Shown here one piece after another: positions 55,345-64,000 of a DNA stretch of 64,000 nucleotides. The notes beneath the pieces are model-generated. The model did not search any database. It saw only the letters and a list, made by a program, of their open reading frames with translations, and was not told where the DNA came from. Made by a program: the position numbers and the translations under genes. Each line of letters begins with the position of its first letter. Position 1 is the stretch's first letter. The DNA comes from Acidobacteriota bacterium (GTDB taxonomy: Bacteria; Acidobacteriota; Vicinamibacteria; Vicinamibacterales; CAVVIG01), in the NCBI GenBank assembly GCA_025463215.1, contig JAOBWF010000234.1, positions 1,822 through 65,821 on the forward strand, written 5' to 3'.

Positions 55345-55896
55345 ATGAAACGAACAGCATCCATGGCGGCGGCGATCTTTCTTGCGACTACGTTGGGGGC
55401 AATGGCGCAGAGCCCGAGTACGACGACCGCGAGCAGCAGCACGACCGCCAGTGACAAAATTACAGTGAGTGGATGCCTGCAAGACGGATCTGGCGGTTCG
55501 AGCACGACCGCGAGCGCCTCGACCACGGCGTCGCAGTCGGGCAGCTACGTCCTGATGGCGAGCGCGCCGCCGAACGCGGACACCGCCGCCGGAACGAGCG
55601 GCAGCACCACGAGCAGCACGACGGCAACTGGGACGACCGGCACCACGAGCAGCGCGGGCTCGTCGATGCACAACGCCTCGTACGTGCTCGAGGGCAGCAG
55701 CAATGAGCTGAAGAATCATGTCGGCCATCGCGTTGAAGTAACGGGAACGCTCGAGAACAACACGGACCATGGCGCCGCGTCGACGGCGACATCGACGACT
55801 ACCAGCGGCTCGGCATCGTCCCGCATGAGCGACGGTGCGAAGACGCTCAAGGTCTCTTCGGTCCGGATGATCGCTGCGGACTGCTCGTCGAAGTAG
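55345..55896 (+). CDS. Secreted Ser/Thr-rich low-complexity protein
   Basis: Signal peptide MKRTASMAAAIFLATTLGAMAQS. Two similar modules (KITVSGCLQDGSGGSS...SYVLMAS and SYVLEGSSNELKNHVGHRVEVTGTL) are separated by T/S/G/A runs. Confidence 0.6.
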   Translation: MKRTASMAAAIFLATTLGAMAQSPSTTTASSSTTASDKITVSGCLQDGSGGSSTTASASTTASQSGSYVLMASAPPNADTAAGTSGSTTSSTTATGTTGTTSSAGSSMHNASYVLEGSSNELKNHVGHRVEVTGTLENNTDHGAASTATSTTTSGSASSRMSDGAKTLKVSSVRMIAADCSSK

Positions 55897-55941
55897 ATCG
55901 ATCGTCCATGGCGCCTCGTTCAGGCGCCGTGGACATCCGCC

Positions 55942-57294
55942 ATGCTCCCCTCGCTGCTCATCACGGTCGCGCTATCCATCCGGCCCCTGTTCTCCGGCGT
56001 CGAGCCGATCCAGTTGACCATCGAGGCGCCGCTCGCCGATCTCATGTCCCACGATCGGGACGACGACTACGGCGTCAACGGGACCCTGACCGTCGTCGAC
56101 AACGGCCGCTCTGTGCGCGTCGGCGATGTGCGGATCTCGCTGCGCGGCCACACCAGCAGGCGCGAGAGCGAGTGCGATTTCCCGAAGCTCAAGGTCGAGC
56201 TCCCGGCCGGCTCACTCGACGCGACGCCTCTGCTTGCGGGCCTTCACTCGATTAAGATCGGGACGCACTGCGGCGAGGCACCTGACGGGGAGCTCACAAC
56301 GCGATTCGGCCGCCTGGCCAACCAGCACTCGCCGCATCGTGAAGCGTTCATCTATCGATTGCTCGCGGCACTCGACGTCCCGGCGCTGTCGGCGCGGCGC
56401 GCGAAGATTGCGTATCTCGAGACCGGTGCCACCGACGGGGCACGGCAGCGGCCGCTGGTCCGTGATGCGCTCCTGATCGAAGACACCGACGATGCGGTGC
56501 GACGGGTCGGCGCAACGCGTGCGATCGGGGAGGACGAGTTTTCCGACGCCCAATCGCAGCTCACCGCCGCGGACACCGTTCGTTTGGCGTTCGCCGAGGC
56601 GCTGATCGGCAACTTCGATTGGTGCCTGAAGATGGCACCGAATGACACCTACCGTTGCGACGCGCGTCATCCGGTCTGGAATATCGTCGCGGCGCAACGC
56701 GCGGACGGCGGCGTCGTGCCTCTGATCTACGACTTCGACGTCGCCGGCATGGTCACCGGGCGCCACCCGTGGTTCGGGAGTGTCTTCAGTCGCGCCTTCG
56801 CGCCGTCGCGTTCCGAGGCGGAGATCGAGGTCATCGCGCAGCTGCAACGCGCGCGGACGCTGTTCACGCGCCGCGACCTGGACGGGGCGCGCCAGGCGTT
56901 CATCGCCCGCAAGCCGCAGGCGATGCAGTCGCTGGCCGCGGCGGATCTGGATCCCGAAGGCGAGACGATCGCGAAACGATATCTCGACGGTTTCTACACG
57001 CAGATCGAGTCCGACGACGAGTTCTATGGCCCCGTCGTGCGGACGGCGCAGACCAAGGTGTACGCCGCGGCGGATGGTGCGGTGGTCTGCGGTAACCGCT
57101 CGGTCGTTCCGGTCGGCACGCCGGTCAGCAGCACGTTGCAGCGCATTGGCGATCGAGTTCAGGTGATGGTGCTCGACGTGCTCTGGTATTGGACGTCGCC
57201 AGACCCGTGTGAGGCGATCCGGCGCGGCCCCGTCTGGATCGATGCTGGCGCGATCGGCACCGACTTTCCCCCGTCGCCAGAGATGCAGAAATAA
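55942..57294 (+). CDS. Conserved hypothetical protein
   Basis: 450-aa ORF with balanced composition (…RISLRGHTSRRESECDFPKLKVELP…IGNFDWCLKMAPNDTYRCDARHPVWN…). Confidence 0.6.
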   Translation: MLPSLLITVALSIRPLFSGVEPIQLTIEAPLADLMSHDRDDDYGVNGTLTVVDNGRSVRVGDVRISLRGHTSRRESECDFPKLKVELPAGSLDATPLLAGLHSIKIGTHCGEAPDGELTTRFGRLANQHSPHREAFIYRLLAALDVPALSARRAKIAYLETGATDGARQRPLVRDALLIEDTDDAVRRVGATRAIGEDEFSDAQSQLTAADTVRLAFAEALIGNFDWCLKMAPNDTYRCDARHPVWNIVAAQRADGGVVPLIYDFDVAGMVTGRHPWFGSVFSRAFAPSRSEAEIEVIAQLQRARTLFTRRDLDGARQAFIARKPQAMQSLAAADLDPEGETIAKRYLDGFYTQIESDDEFYGPVVRTAQTKVYAAADGAVVCGNRSVVPVGTPVSSTLQRIGDRVQVMVLDVLWYWTSPDPCEAIRRGPVWIDAGAIGTDFPPSPEMQK

Positions 57295-57592
57295 GCGGAT
57301 TCGTTCGATCTGCCTGCTGTTCGCCGACAAACACGCGTCATCGCCGACCATCGCAAGCTGCCCGGCTGATCCACCCTCACCGCGTCTACGATGACTGTGA
57401 ACGGTGCGTTCGCATCGGCCGGCGCTCCGACTATCAGTGCCGGTGACGATGTCCAGGTGATCCGTCTGATGAGGCGTGCGACCGCGTGGTTGCTGCACGC
57501 GCTACCCTGAGCGCACGCTGACCGTCAATGCTCGGTGACGGGCTAGTGCTCGGTCACGCCGGTGCGCGTCGGTCGTCGCAGATCCCCGCCTC

Positions 57593-60500
57593 TCAGAACA
57601 ACACCTTCACTGCGACCTGTCCCACGCGCGGATCGAGCGCGGTCGTAATCGTACCGAACGCCGCCGAACCCGCGACGCCGTTGGGGGCGCCGAGGTTGGG
57701 CGTGTTGAAGAGATCGAACACTTCCGCGCGAAGTTCGATGGCCGTGCCGGATCGGAGCGATATACGGCGGATCAACGCCAGATCGACGTCGCGGTACGAC
57801 GGTCCACGCACCGGGTCGCGCGACGCATTGCCAATCGTGAAGACGGGCGCGATGGCGAACGCCGCGGTATTGAACCACTGGCTCGGCGTGCGTTGCTCAG
57901 CCGGCAGCGTCGGATCGGCAATCAGGTTCGGACGCTGCACACCAAAGCCCGCGAACGCGTTGAAGTTCGTCGTCTGTGTCACCGCGATCGGAACTCCCGA
58001 CTGCATGGTGACGAGAGCCGTCACCGTCCAATCGTTGGCAATCGCGCCCATCACCCCGTGCAAGTGATGCGAGCGCCCTGCACCCATCGGCAGCTCCCAG
58101 ACCACGGACGAAACGAAATTGTGCGGGATGTCGCCGGTCGAGTAGTCGCGTTCGAGCGCGCGGTTAAAGCTGTCGGCCACCGGCGACGTCGCGACCGCGC
58201 CGGCGGCAAACGGATCGAAGACCGCCGACGCATCGTCAACCAGCTTGGAACGCGTGTATGCGGCGGTATACAGCAGGCCGTGCGCCAGCCGCTGGCGAAG
58301 GCTCAGCCCAAGGCCGGCGTAACGCGTGGTGCCGACGTTGTTGCGGTAGAGGCTGACCGTGGTGTAGGCCGGGAACGGCTTGAGCAGTTGCGCCACCGGG
58401 ATGGTCGGATTGCCGAGCGTGGACGACCGCGGCACGATGCCGAAGTACGGGTTGGGAACCGACGCGTTCAGCGACGCGCCTTGCGCGAGCTGACTGCCGC
58501 TGAGCTGATTGATGTTGGTATCGGGAATGCCCACGTGGGTGATGAACGAGCCGACGTACGAGGCCTCGATGGTCGTGTTGGTCGTCAACTCACGCTGCAC
58601 CGACACGTTCCACTGCTGGACGTAGCCCGACCCGAGCGTATTGTCCACCGCGAGGACCCCCTGGCCCAGGCCCGCCGTCGGCGTCTGGCCGATCGGCGCC
58701 ACCGTCGGCCCCTTGGCGAGCACGAACGCCGGGTTGATCGTGTCGAGCGCTCGCTGCGACACCGTCTGCAGGAACGGGAACGTCGGCGTGGTGAACGGCG
58801 TGGTGATGCCCGCCATCTCGATCCAGATCAGACCGTAGCCGGCACTCACGATCGTCTTGTCGGTGAGGCGGTACACACCGCCCATACGCGGCCCGAAGTT
58901 GTTCTTCTTGAGTGGCCGCACCGGGTTCGCGCCCGGATACTCGAGCAGCTGCGTTTGCAGATTGAAAACCGCAGTCTGCCCGTTAATCTCCGTCGACGGG
59001 AAATTCAGCGTGTAGCGTAGTCCCGGATTCAAGGTGAACCGATCAGACACTTTCCAGTCGTCCTGGATGAAGTACTCCTGGAAGTGGGCGCGGTCCTGAA
59101 ACTGGGACTGCTGCAGGTCGATCGAGAAGTTCTGTACCTGACCGAGCAGAAAGCTGGCCAGCGGCGTGCCGGTGTTCGCGGTGCCGGGCAGATCGCTGCC
59201 AACGGCGCTGAAGGTGAACGAGCCGGTCGGCGACGGCGGCTGGATCACGTTCAGGCGTTCCCACCGCCAGTCGAGCCCCATTTTGAAAGTGTGCCTCCCC
59301 CTCACCCAGGTCAGCGAGTCGGCCACCTCCGTTACGCTGGTGTTGAAGTCCGACGCCGTGTTGACCGGCGAGCCGAGCTGCTGGTAGCCGCCGATGAGAA
59401 ATGTCGGCAGCGAATTCGGGAACTGCGCGTTCGACGGAATGCCGGGAATGCTCAGCGCGCCGCCCGCCGCCGATGCCAGCTGCGCCGCGGTACGGACAAC
59501 GGTACGGCGCGTGTCGCCGACGCGCACCTCGTTCAGCAGGTTGCTTGAAAAGGTGTGCTGGTAATTCGAGGCAAAGGCCCAGGCCGCAGTGTCCTGCGGG
59601 CCGCCGATCACGCCGCTGGCCAGGCCGCTGCCGTCGGGCAGCGGCGTCACCGGCACGAAGCCGTCGCGAAAAAACGACAGGCGGCCGAAGATCTGATCGC
59701 GATTCGTCGCGAACTTGTGATCGATACGGGCGTCCCATTGGTCCTGGTTATCGACTTCGTCGTTCGTCCGGCTGAAGTTGTTCGCGACCGCGGAGGACGT
59801 CGGCAGCGGATACCGCTGCAGCAGCGCGAGCGCCACGGGGTCCATCCTCGCCGTCGGGATGACGCCGCCAGCAAACACCGTCCGCGTCGAGCCAAGGGTC
59901 GTCGACGGGTCGTAGATCACTGGCACGCGCCCACCGATCGCTTCCGTGAAGATTCCCTGCCGCTGCAGCAATGTCGGGACCGTCGAGGTCACCGTGCGGC
60001 CGATCGACTGACGTTGTCCCTGGTAGTCGACGAAGAAGAACGTCTGATCTTTGACGAAAGGGCCGCCCAGCGTGCCGCCGAACTGGTTCCGGCGGTACTC
60101 AGGCTTCACCGGGTTCGTGGACTGGAAGAAGTTGCGCGCGTTGAGCCCTTCATTCCGCAGGAACTCGAAGCCAGCGCCGTGGAACGCGTTCGACCCTGCC
60201 TTGGTCGTCAGGTTGATGACGCCGCCGTTGAAGCGGCCGAACTCGGCCGGCGGACTGTTGCTCTCGATCTTGAATTCCTGAATTGCGTCGACGACCGGGA
60301 AGAAAGCGACCGTGCCCGGCTCCGGCTGCAGCACGGAGATCCCATCGAACAGGTACTCGTTCGTGCGTGGCCGCCCACCGTTGATGCGCGGCAGTTGGGA
60401 ATTGGGCGGCAGGGCGACGCCCGGCGCCAGACCGGCGAGCAGGATGAAGGCGCGACCGTTCAGCGGCAGCTGCACGACCTGGTCGTGCGCCACCACCGCT

Positions 60501-60919
60501 CCCAGGCTCGCGGTCTCGGCCCGCACCATCGGCGCGTCCGCCACGACGGTGACCTGCTCGTTCACCGTCCCCACCGCGAGGTCGAAATCGACGCGAGCTT
60601 TCTCGCCGGTCGACAAGTGAATACCGGCGCGGCGGACTGGCTTGAAACCGGTCAACTCGACATCGACCCGGTACTCGCCTGGCGCCAGGCTCGCCGCCGT
60701 GTAGACACCTTCTCCGGTCGAGATGATGACGCGCTGCCGGTTCGTGGCGATGTCGGTCACGATGACGGTCGCGCCAGAAACGGCGGCAGCCGCTTGATCC
60801 CTCACGACACCGGTAATTTCACCAGCGGCGACTTGGGCCCGGGCGGGGCGCGCATCGAGGGCAACGCACGCCACGAGGAGCAGAGACAGCGGTACGGAAC
60901 AACGACGGACGACGGGCAT
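57593..60919 (-). CDS. TonB-dependent-receptor-like outer membrane protein with CarboxypepD_reg-like domain
   Basis: Start MPVVRRCSVPLSLLLVACVALDARPARAQ (ATG 60917-60919, RBS GGAGG). AGEITGVVRDQAAAAVSGATVIVTD...GEGVYTAASLAPGEYRVDVELTGF. C-terminus ...VAVKVLF. Confidence 0.8.
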   Translation of the reverse strand: MPVVRRCSVPLSLLLVACVALDARPARAQVAAGEITGVVRDQAAAAVSGATVIVTDIATNRQRVIISTGEGVYTAASLAPGEYRVDVELTGFKPVRRAGIHLSTGEKARVDFDLAVGTVNEQVTVVADAPMVRAETASLGAVVAHDQVVQLPLNGRAFILLAGLAPGVALPPNSQLPRINGGRPRTNEYLFDGISVLQPEPGTVAFFPVVDAIQEFKIESNSPPAEFGRFNGGVINLTTKAGSNAFHGAGFEFLRNEGLNARNFFQSTNPVKPEYRRNQFGGTLGGPFVKDQTFFFVDYQGQRQSIGRTVTSTVPTLLQRQGIFTEAIGGRVPVIYDPSTTLGSTRTVFAGGVIPTARMDPVALALLQRYPLPTSSAVANNFSRTNDEVDNQDQWDARIDHKFATNRDQIFGRLSFFRDGFVPVTPLPDGSGLASGVIGGPQDTAAWAFASNYQHTFSSNLLNEVRVGDTRRTVVRTAAQLASAAGGALSIPGIPSNAQFPNSLPTFLIGGYQQLGSPVNTASDFNTSVTEVADSLTWVRGRHTFKMGLDWRWERLNVIQPPSPTGSFTFSAVGSDLPGTANTGTPLASFLLGQVQNFSIDLQQSQFQDRAHFQEYFIQDDWKVSDRFTLNPGLRYTLNFPSTEINGQTAVFNLQTQLLEYPGANPVRPLKKNNFGPRMGGVYRLTDKTIVSAGYGLIWIEMAGITTPFTTPTFPFLQTVSQRALDTINPAFVLAKGPTVAPIGQTPTAGLGQGVLAVDNTLGSGYVQQWNVSVQRELTTNTTIEASYVGSFITHVGIPDTNINQLSGSQLAQGASLNASVPNPYFGIVPRSSTLGNPTIPVAQLLKPFPAYTTVSLYRNNVGTTRYAGLGLSLRQRLAHGLLYTAAYTRSKLVDDASAVFDPFAAGAVATSPVADSFNRALERDYSTGDIPHNFVSSVVWELPMGAGRSHHLHGVMGAIANDWTVTALVTMQSGVPIAVTQTTNFNAFAGFGVQRPNLIADPTLPAEQRTPSQWFNTAAFAIAPVFTIGNASRDPVRGPSYRDVDLALIRRISLRSGTAIELRAEVFDLFNTPNLGAPNGVAGSAAFGTITTALDPRVGQVAVKVLF

Positions 60920-61219
60920 TAGGCCTCCGTGAGAGCCGTGAATCGCACGACTGTATCTCGGATAAAAGCAATACTCAAATCGGACTGAATCGACTCGAAT
61001 AGTCACGAACATGCGCCTCCACGACGCGTCTGCCTCAACCGTCCGCGTACGGAACCGTCGGCCGGCTGTTCAAGCTCAGTTCACTGAACGCGCGAACCCT
61101 TCGGCCAACATCGCGGAGTGGTCGGCTGCCGAGCTCTCGAGCGCCAGAGCATGGCGCCAGGCTGCACGTCGCGGAATGGCGTTTGCTCTCGTCGCCGCAC
61201 ATATAAAGGAGGTGTGCGA

Positions 61220-61798
61220 GTGTTGAAACGTAGCGTCCAAAATGTGGGAATCGGTTTCTGTTTCGCGGCAGTGTTTGCTGCAGGGGCTGCTGCCAGCGAC
61301 GCCACGCAATACTGGTCGGTTACGGGCTCGACCGGCATCGTCGATGAAGGGAGCGCTTCACTCGTCAGTTTCTCGGATACCGGATCGGCGACGATACGGA
61401 ACGGCGTTTCGTCCGGCACCGTTCAACTGCGCTTCCCGGTTCTTCCTGTCGGCGAGCTGGCGCGCAACGTCGACTATAAGACGGCGCACTGGTGCCTGGG
61501 CATGCTGTACAGGGACGATGGGGCGCACGCGCGAGTCGTGGTCACGTTGAAGTCAGTGAATGTGACGACCGGAGTGACGACTGTTCACGGCAGCGTCGAT
61601 TCGGATGCGTCGAGCACGACGGGAGCCGCGTATACGAATCTCACGCTGTGCAGGCTGACCAACGGCGATGGCACCACGATGACCTCGTTCTTTAGCGGCG
61701 AATCCGCATATTACGTTGACGCGAAACTGATCCGGACCGCCGCCGACGGCAACCCGGGGTTGCGCGCGGTACAGATTATTTCCAACGACACGCAGTAA
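61220..61798 (+). CDS. Secreted hypothetical protein
   Basis: GTG 61220 preceded by AAGGAGG. Signal-like LKRSVQNVGIGFCFAAVFAAGAAASDA. Confidence 0.55.
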   Translation: MLKRSVQNVGIGFCFAAVFAAGAAASDATQYWSVTGSTGIVDEGSASLVSFSDTGSATIRNGVSSGTVQLRFPVLPVGELARNVDYKTAHWCLGMLYRDDGAHARVVVTLKSVNVTTGVTTVHGSVDSDASSTTGAAYTNLTLCRLTNGDGTTMTSFFSGESAYYVDAKLIRTAADGNPGLRAVQIISNDTQ

Positions 61799-62129
61799 CG
61801 TCGCGCGAGCACTGCCGGGGCGTTCGTCGGGCCCGACGAACGCGTCCGTGGCGCGACCCGGCGTGAATACGACTTCGGCACGCCGACGGCAGTCCTCCGC
61901 TCACCCTGCGCCGGCTTCCTGATCATCGACCGCCCTCCGCCGAACGAAGGCCGTCACGCGCGCACCGTCAATCACTCGTGGCCGAACTCGGCGCCGCGTT
62001 CCTCTGTGCCGATCTTGATCTGACGCTTGAACCGCGTGAGGACCACGCTTGTCGTTCGCCAGAATTTGATCATCGCCTGCGCTAGTGTTGGTTTCAGCAG
62101 CCACTCCCGCGACGATCAGGCGTGTCTGA

Positions 62130-62560
62130 ATTGACCTTGTTGCTCCTGCGGGCGATCATCATGATCTGCCGGGCCACCACGATTTCGTCCTCGAGAATCT
62201 GGCGCTCCGCCACCAGCTGCGAACCTTGCAACGACGGGTGAAGCGCCCTGACCTGCGCACCCGTGACCGCATGTTTTGGGTCCTGTTGGCGACCGCTTGG
62301 CGCCGGTGGCGGTCGGCATTGGTTCTCGTCCAACCCGAGACCGTTGTCCGATGGCATCGCAACTGGCTGCGTCGCCGGTGGGCTCGGCGCTCAGGACGCA
62401 ACCGCGCCGGTCGACCGCCGCTCGATCCTGCCGTGGCCAGACTCCTCACCGACATGGCCGGCGCCAATCCGCTGTGGGCGCCCCGCGCATTCACGGCGAG
62501 CTGCGGAAGCTGGGGATTATCTCCGAGCGTCGGCGTGAGCGGCGTCTGCCCACATGTTCC
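62130..62560 (+). mobile_element. Transposase/integrase N-terminal remnant (frameshifted, catalytic domain missing)
   Basis: ...DFVLENLALRHQLRTLQRRVKRPDLRTRDRMFWVLLATAWRRWRSALVLVQPETVVRWHRNWLRRRW...RPPLDPAVARLLTDMAGANPLW. It then shifts frame to GAPRIHGELRKLGIISER. No rve core follows and I found no inverted repeats. Confidence 0.55.
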
Positions 62561-63084
62561 GCGTTTCAATTCCGATGGGGTGCGCGGCGAGAATGCGCTT
62601 TGCCGATCGATCGGAGCTACCGCTCATAGCGCCGACGACGTGCGGACAGCCTTTTGGCGAACCACAGGCACAAACATGGGCACAAGGAATGTGCCGGTCG
62701 CGTCAGGATAGCTGTAAGTGCTGAAACGATTGGCTCGCCGCACTGGGCGATTTGCGCAACTGGCTCATCCGCGAGGCGGCGTGATGTTGTGACTGGCGAA
62801 CGGAATTGTGGGCTTTGTCGCTCTCTTCCTCTCGGGCCGGACCAAACTCGAGAACGCGCAGTTGAACGGCTCCGCCCATGAAGGGACAATCGAGAAAACC
62901 CCTTCTCGGGTCGTCGGACGCACGTACTCTGCTGGGCTGAAACGCGGTTTTGAACAACCACGAATTCGTGTAAACAATTGCAAGGCCGCGGGTGGATGAT
63001 GGCGTGAGCGTCGGCCACTGAGGACGAACGGGCTGATCCCAGAAATGACACCGTCGCCATCGCTGCGCTTGGAAAGGATCGCTC

Positions 63085-64000
63085 ATGCCCGCTCGACGCC
63101 GCGAGCCGCTGGCCAGAGAGGAGCCGGCGGAACTGCAAGTTGCCGCGACGAACGGCAACATCGTCACCGACTCGCGCGGCAGGAAGTACATCGACTTCGT
63201 GATGGGCTGGTGCGTCGGGAATTTCGGGTGGCGCCCCGCGGCAATCGCGAAAGCCATCGAACGCTTCAAGGGCCCCGATTACGTTTATCCCGGATATGCG
63301 TATGCGCCGTGGACGGAGCTCGCGCGGCTGCTCGCGTCGCTGGCTCCCCGTCCATTGACCACATGCTTCCGCGCGACCGGTGGATCCGAGGCGGTCGACC
63401 TCGCGCTGCAGGCCGCGATGATTCATACGGGCCGCCGAGCATTTCTGTCGCTCGAAGGCAGCTACCACGGCAACTCGCTTGCCGGGTTGAGCGTCGGCGC
63501 GTCCGACAACCGCGAGCGCATCAAGAACCTGCTGCCGCACTGCGGCAAGATTGCACCGCCCCTCGACGCGAAGGCGCTGCGCCGCGTCGAGCAGCGGCTG
63601 AAACGGCGCGACGTCGCCGCATTCGTCATGGAGCCGATCAGCATCAATCTCGGCGTCCTGATTCCAGAGAAGGACGCTATCCGGCGTGTGCGCGACCTGT
63701 GCCGCCGTTACGGCACGCTGTTCGTCGCCGATGAAGTCGCGTGCGGATTCGGCCGGACCGGTCGGCTGTTCGCGTTCGAGCACTTCGACCTCGATCCCGA
63801 CATGCTGTGCGTGGCGAAAGCGATGAGCGGCGGACTCGCGCCGATTGGCGCAGTGATCGCAACCGCACCGATCGCGACGTCGATGGAGGAGAACGGCGGG
63901 GCCTTTTACTCGACCTACGGCTGGCATCCGCGCAGTGTCGCCGCGGCGATCGCGACCCTGCGCGATCTCAAGGCAAACCGGCCCCGGCTGCTCGCCAGCG
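63085..64000 (+). CDS. Class III (PLP-dependent) aminotransferase; 3' end runs off the window
   Basis: Not in the ORF track (no stop). Manual translation from ATG 63085: MPARRREPLAREEPAELQVAATNGNIVTDSRGRKYIDFVMGWCVGNFGW...FRATGGSEAVDLALQAAM...VMEPI...FVADEVACGFGRTGRLFAFEHFDLDPDMLCVAKAMSGGLAPIGAV. Confidence 0.75.
   Translation, partial: MPARRREPLAREEPAELQVAATNGNIVTDSRGRKYIDFVMGWCVGNFGWRPAAIAKAIERFKGPDYVYPGYAYAPWTELARLLASLAPRPLTTCFRATGGSEAVDLALQAAMIHTGRRAFLSLEGSYHGNSLAGLSVGASDNRERIKNLLPHCGKIAPPLDAKALRRVEQRLKRRDVAAFVMEPISINLGVLIPEKDAIRRVRDLCRRYGTLFVADEVACGFGRTGRLFAFEHFDLDPDMLCVAKAMSGGLAPIGAVIATAPIATSMEENGGAFYSTYGWHPRSVAAAIATLRDLKANRPRLLAS

Noticed and set aside
1-64000. Search for tRNA (including tRNA-Sec/selC), rRNA, CRISPR repeats or sel genes inside the window.
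   Set aside because: By eye I found no T-loop/acceptor-arm combinations in the intergenic regions (24466-24797, 27676-27979, 35584-35891, 38020-38212, 45499-45763, 46409-46753, 48124-48462, 49933-50145, 57295-57592, 60920-61219, 61799-62129). I saw no spaced direct repeats and no SelA/SelB/SelD-like ORFs. A scan by eye is not as sensitive as tRNAscan or Infernal.

Overview
GC-rich (roughly two-thirds G+C by eye) bacterial chromosomal segment. Gene content suggests an Acidobacteriota-like soil bacterium (inference only): CarboxypepD_reg-type TonB-dependent-receptor-like proteins, FG-GAP and BNR/Asp-box secreted proteins, four ECF sigma factors and an FtsX/ADOP permease remnant. I support about 55 protein-coding genes plus several gene remnants. 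I found no rRNA, tRNA or CRISPR array. Two things stand out. (1) 13.2-17.5 kb, minus strand: a split-B lasso peptide cluster with PqqD-like B1, transglutaminase-like B2 and an Asn-synthetase-like cyclase. It is followed by two tandem 46-codon precursor genes that are too short for the ORF track, then an APH-type phosphotransferase. A good sigma-54 promoter match sits upstream, a divergent sigma-54 activator gene lies beside it, and a TonB-receptor-like gene plus an S8 peptidase abut the other end. (2) Four genes are interrupted by a single in-frame TGA, each at a position where homologs carry Cys: a sigma-54 activator (VN-C-A), a MEDS-domain protein (C-x-Y-D), a MerT-like transporter (second Cys of the CC motif) and a MerP-like HMA protein (first Cys of CxxC). 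Each TGA is followed within about 30 nt by a stem-loop, and three of these have GU in the apical loop. I read these as candidate selenocysteine (UGA/SECIS) genes, with nonsense pseudogenes as the alternative. The rest is ordinary: regulators (TetR, XRE x2, ECF sigmas, a Ser/Thr kinase, a histidine kinase), redox and metal genes (Dps, multicopper oxidase), peptidases, a VapBC module, Tag glycosylase, and a decayed zone at 50-63 kb.
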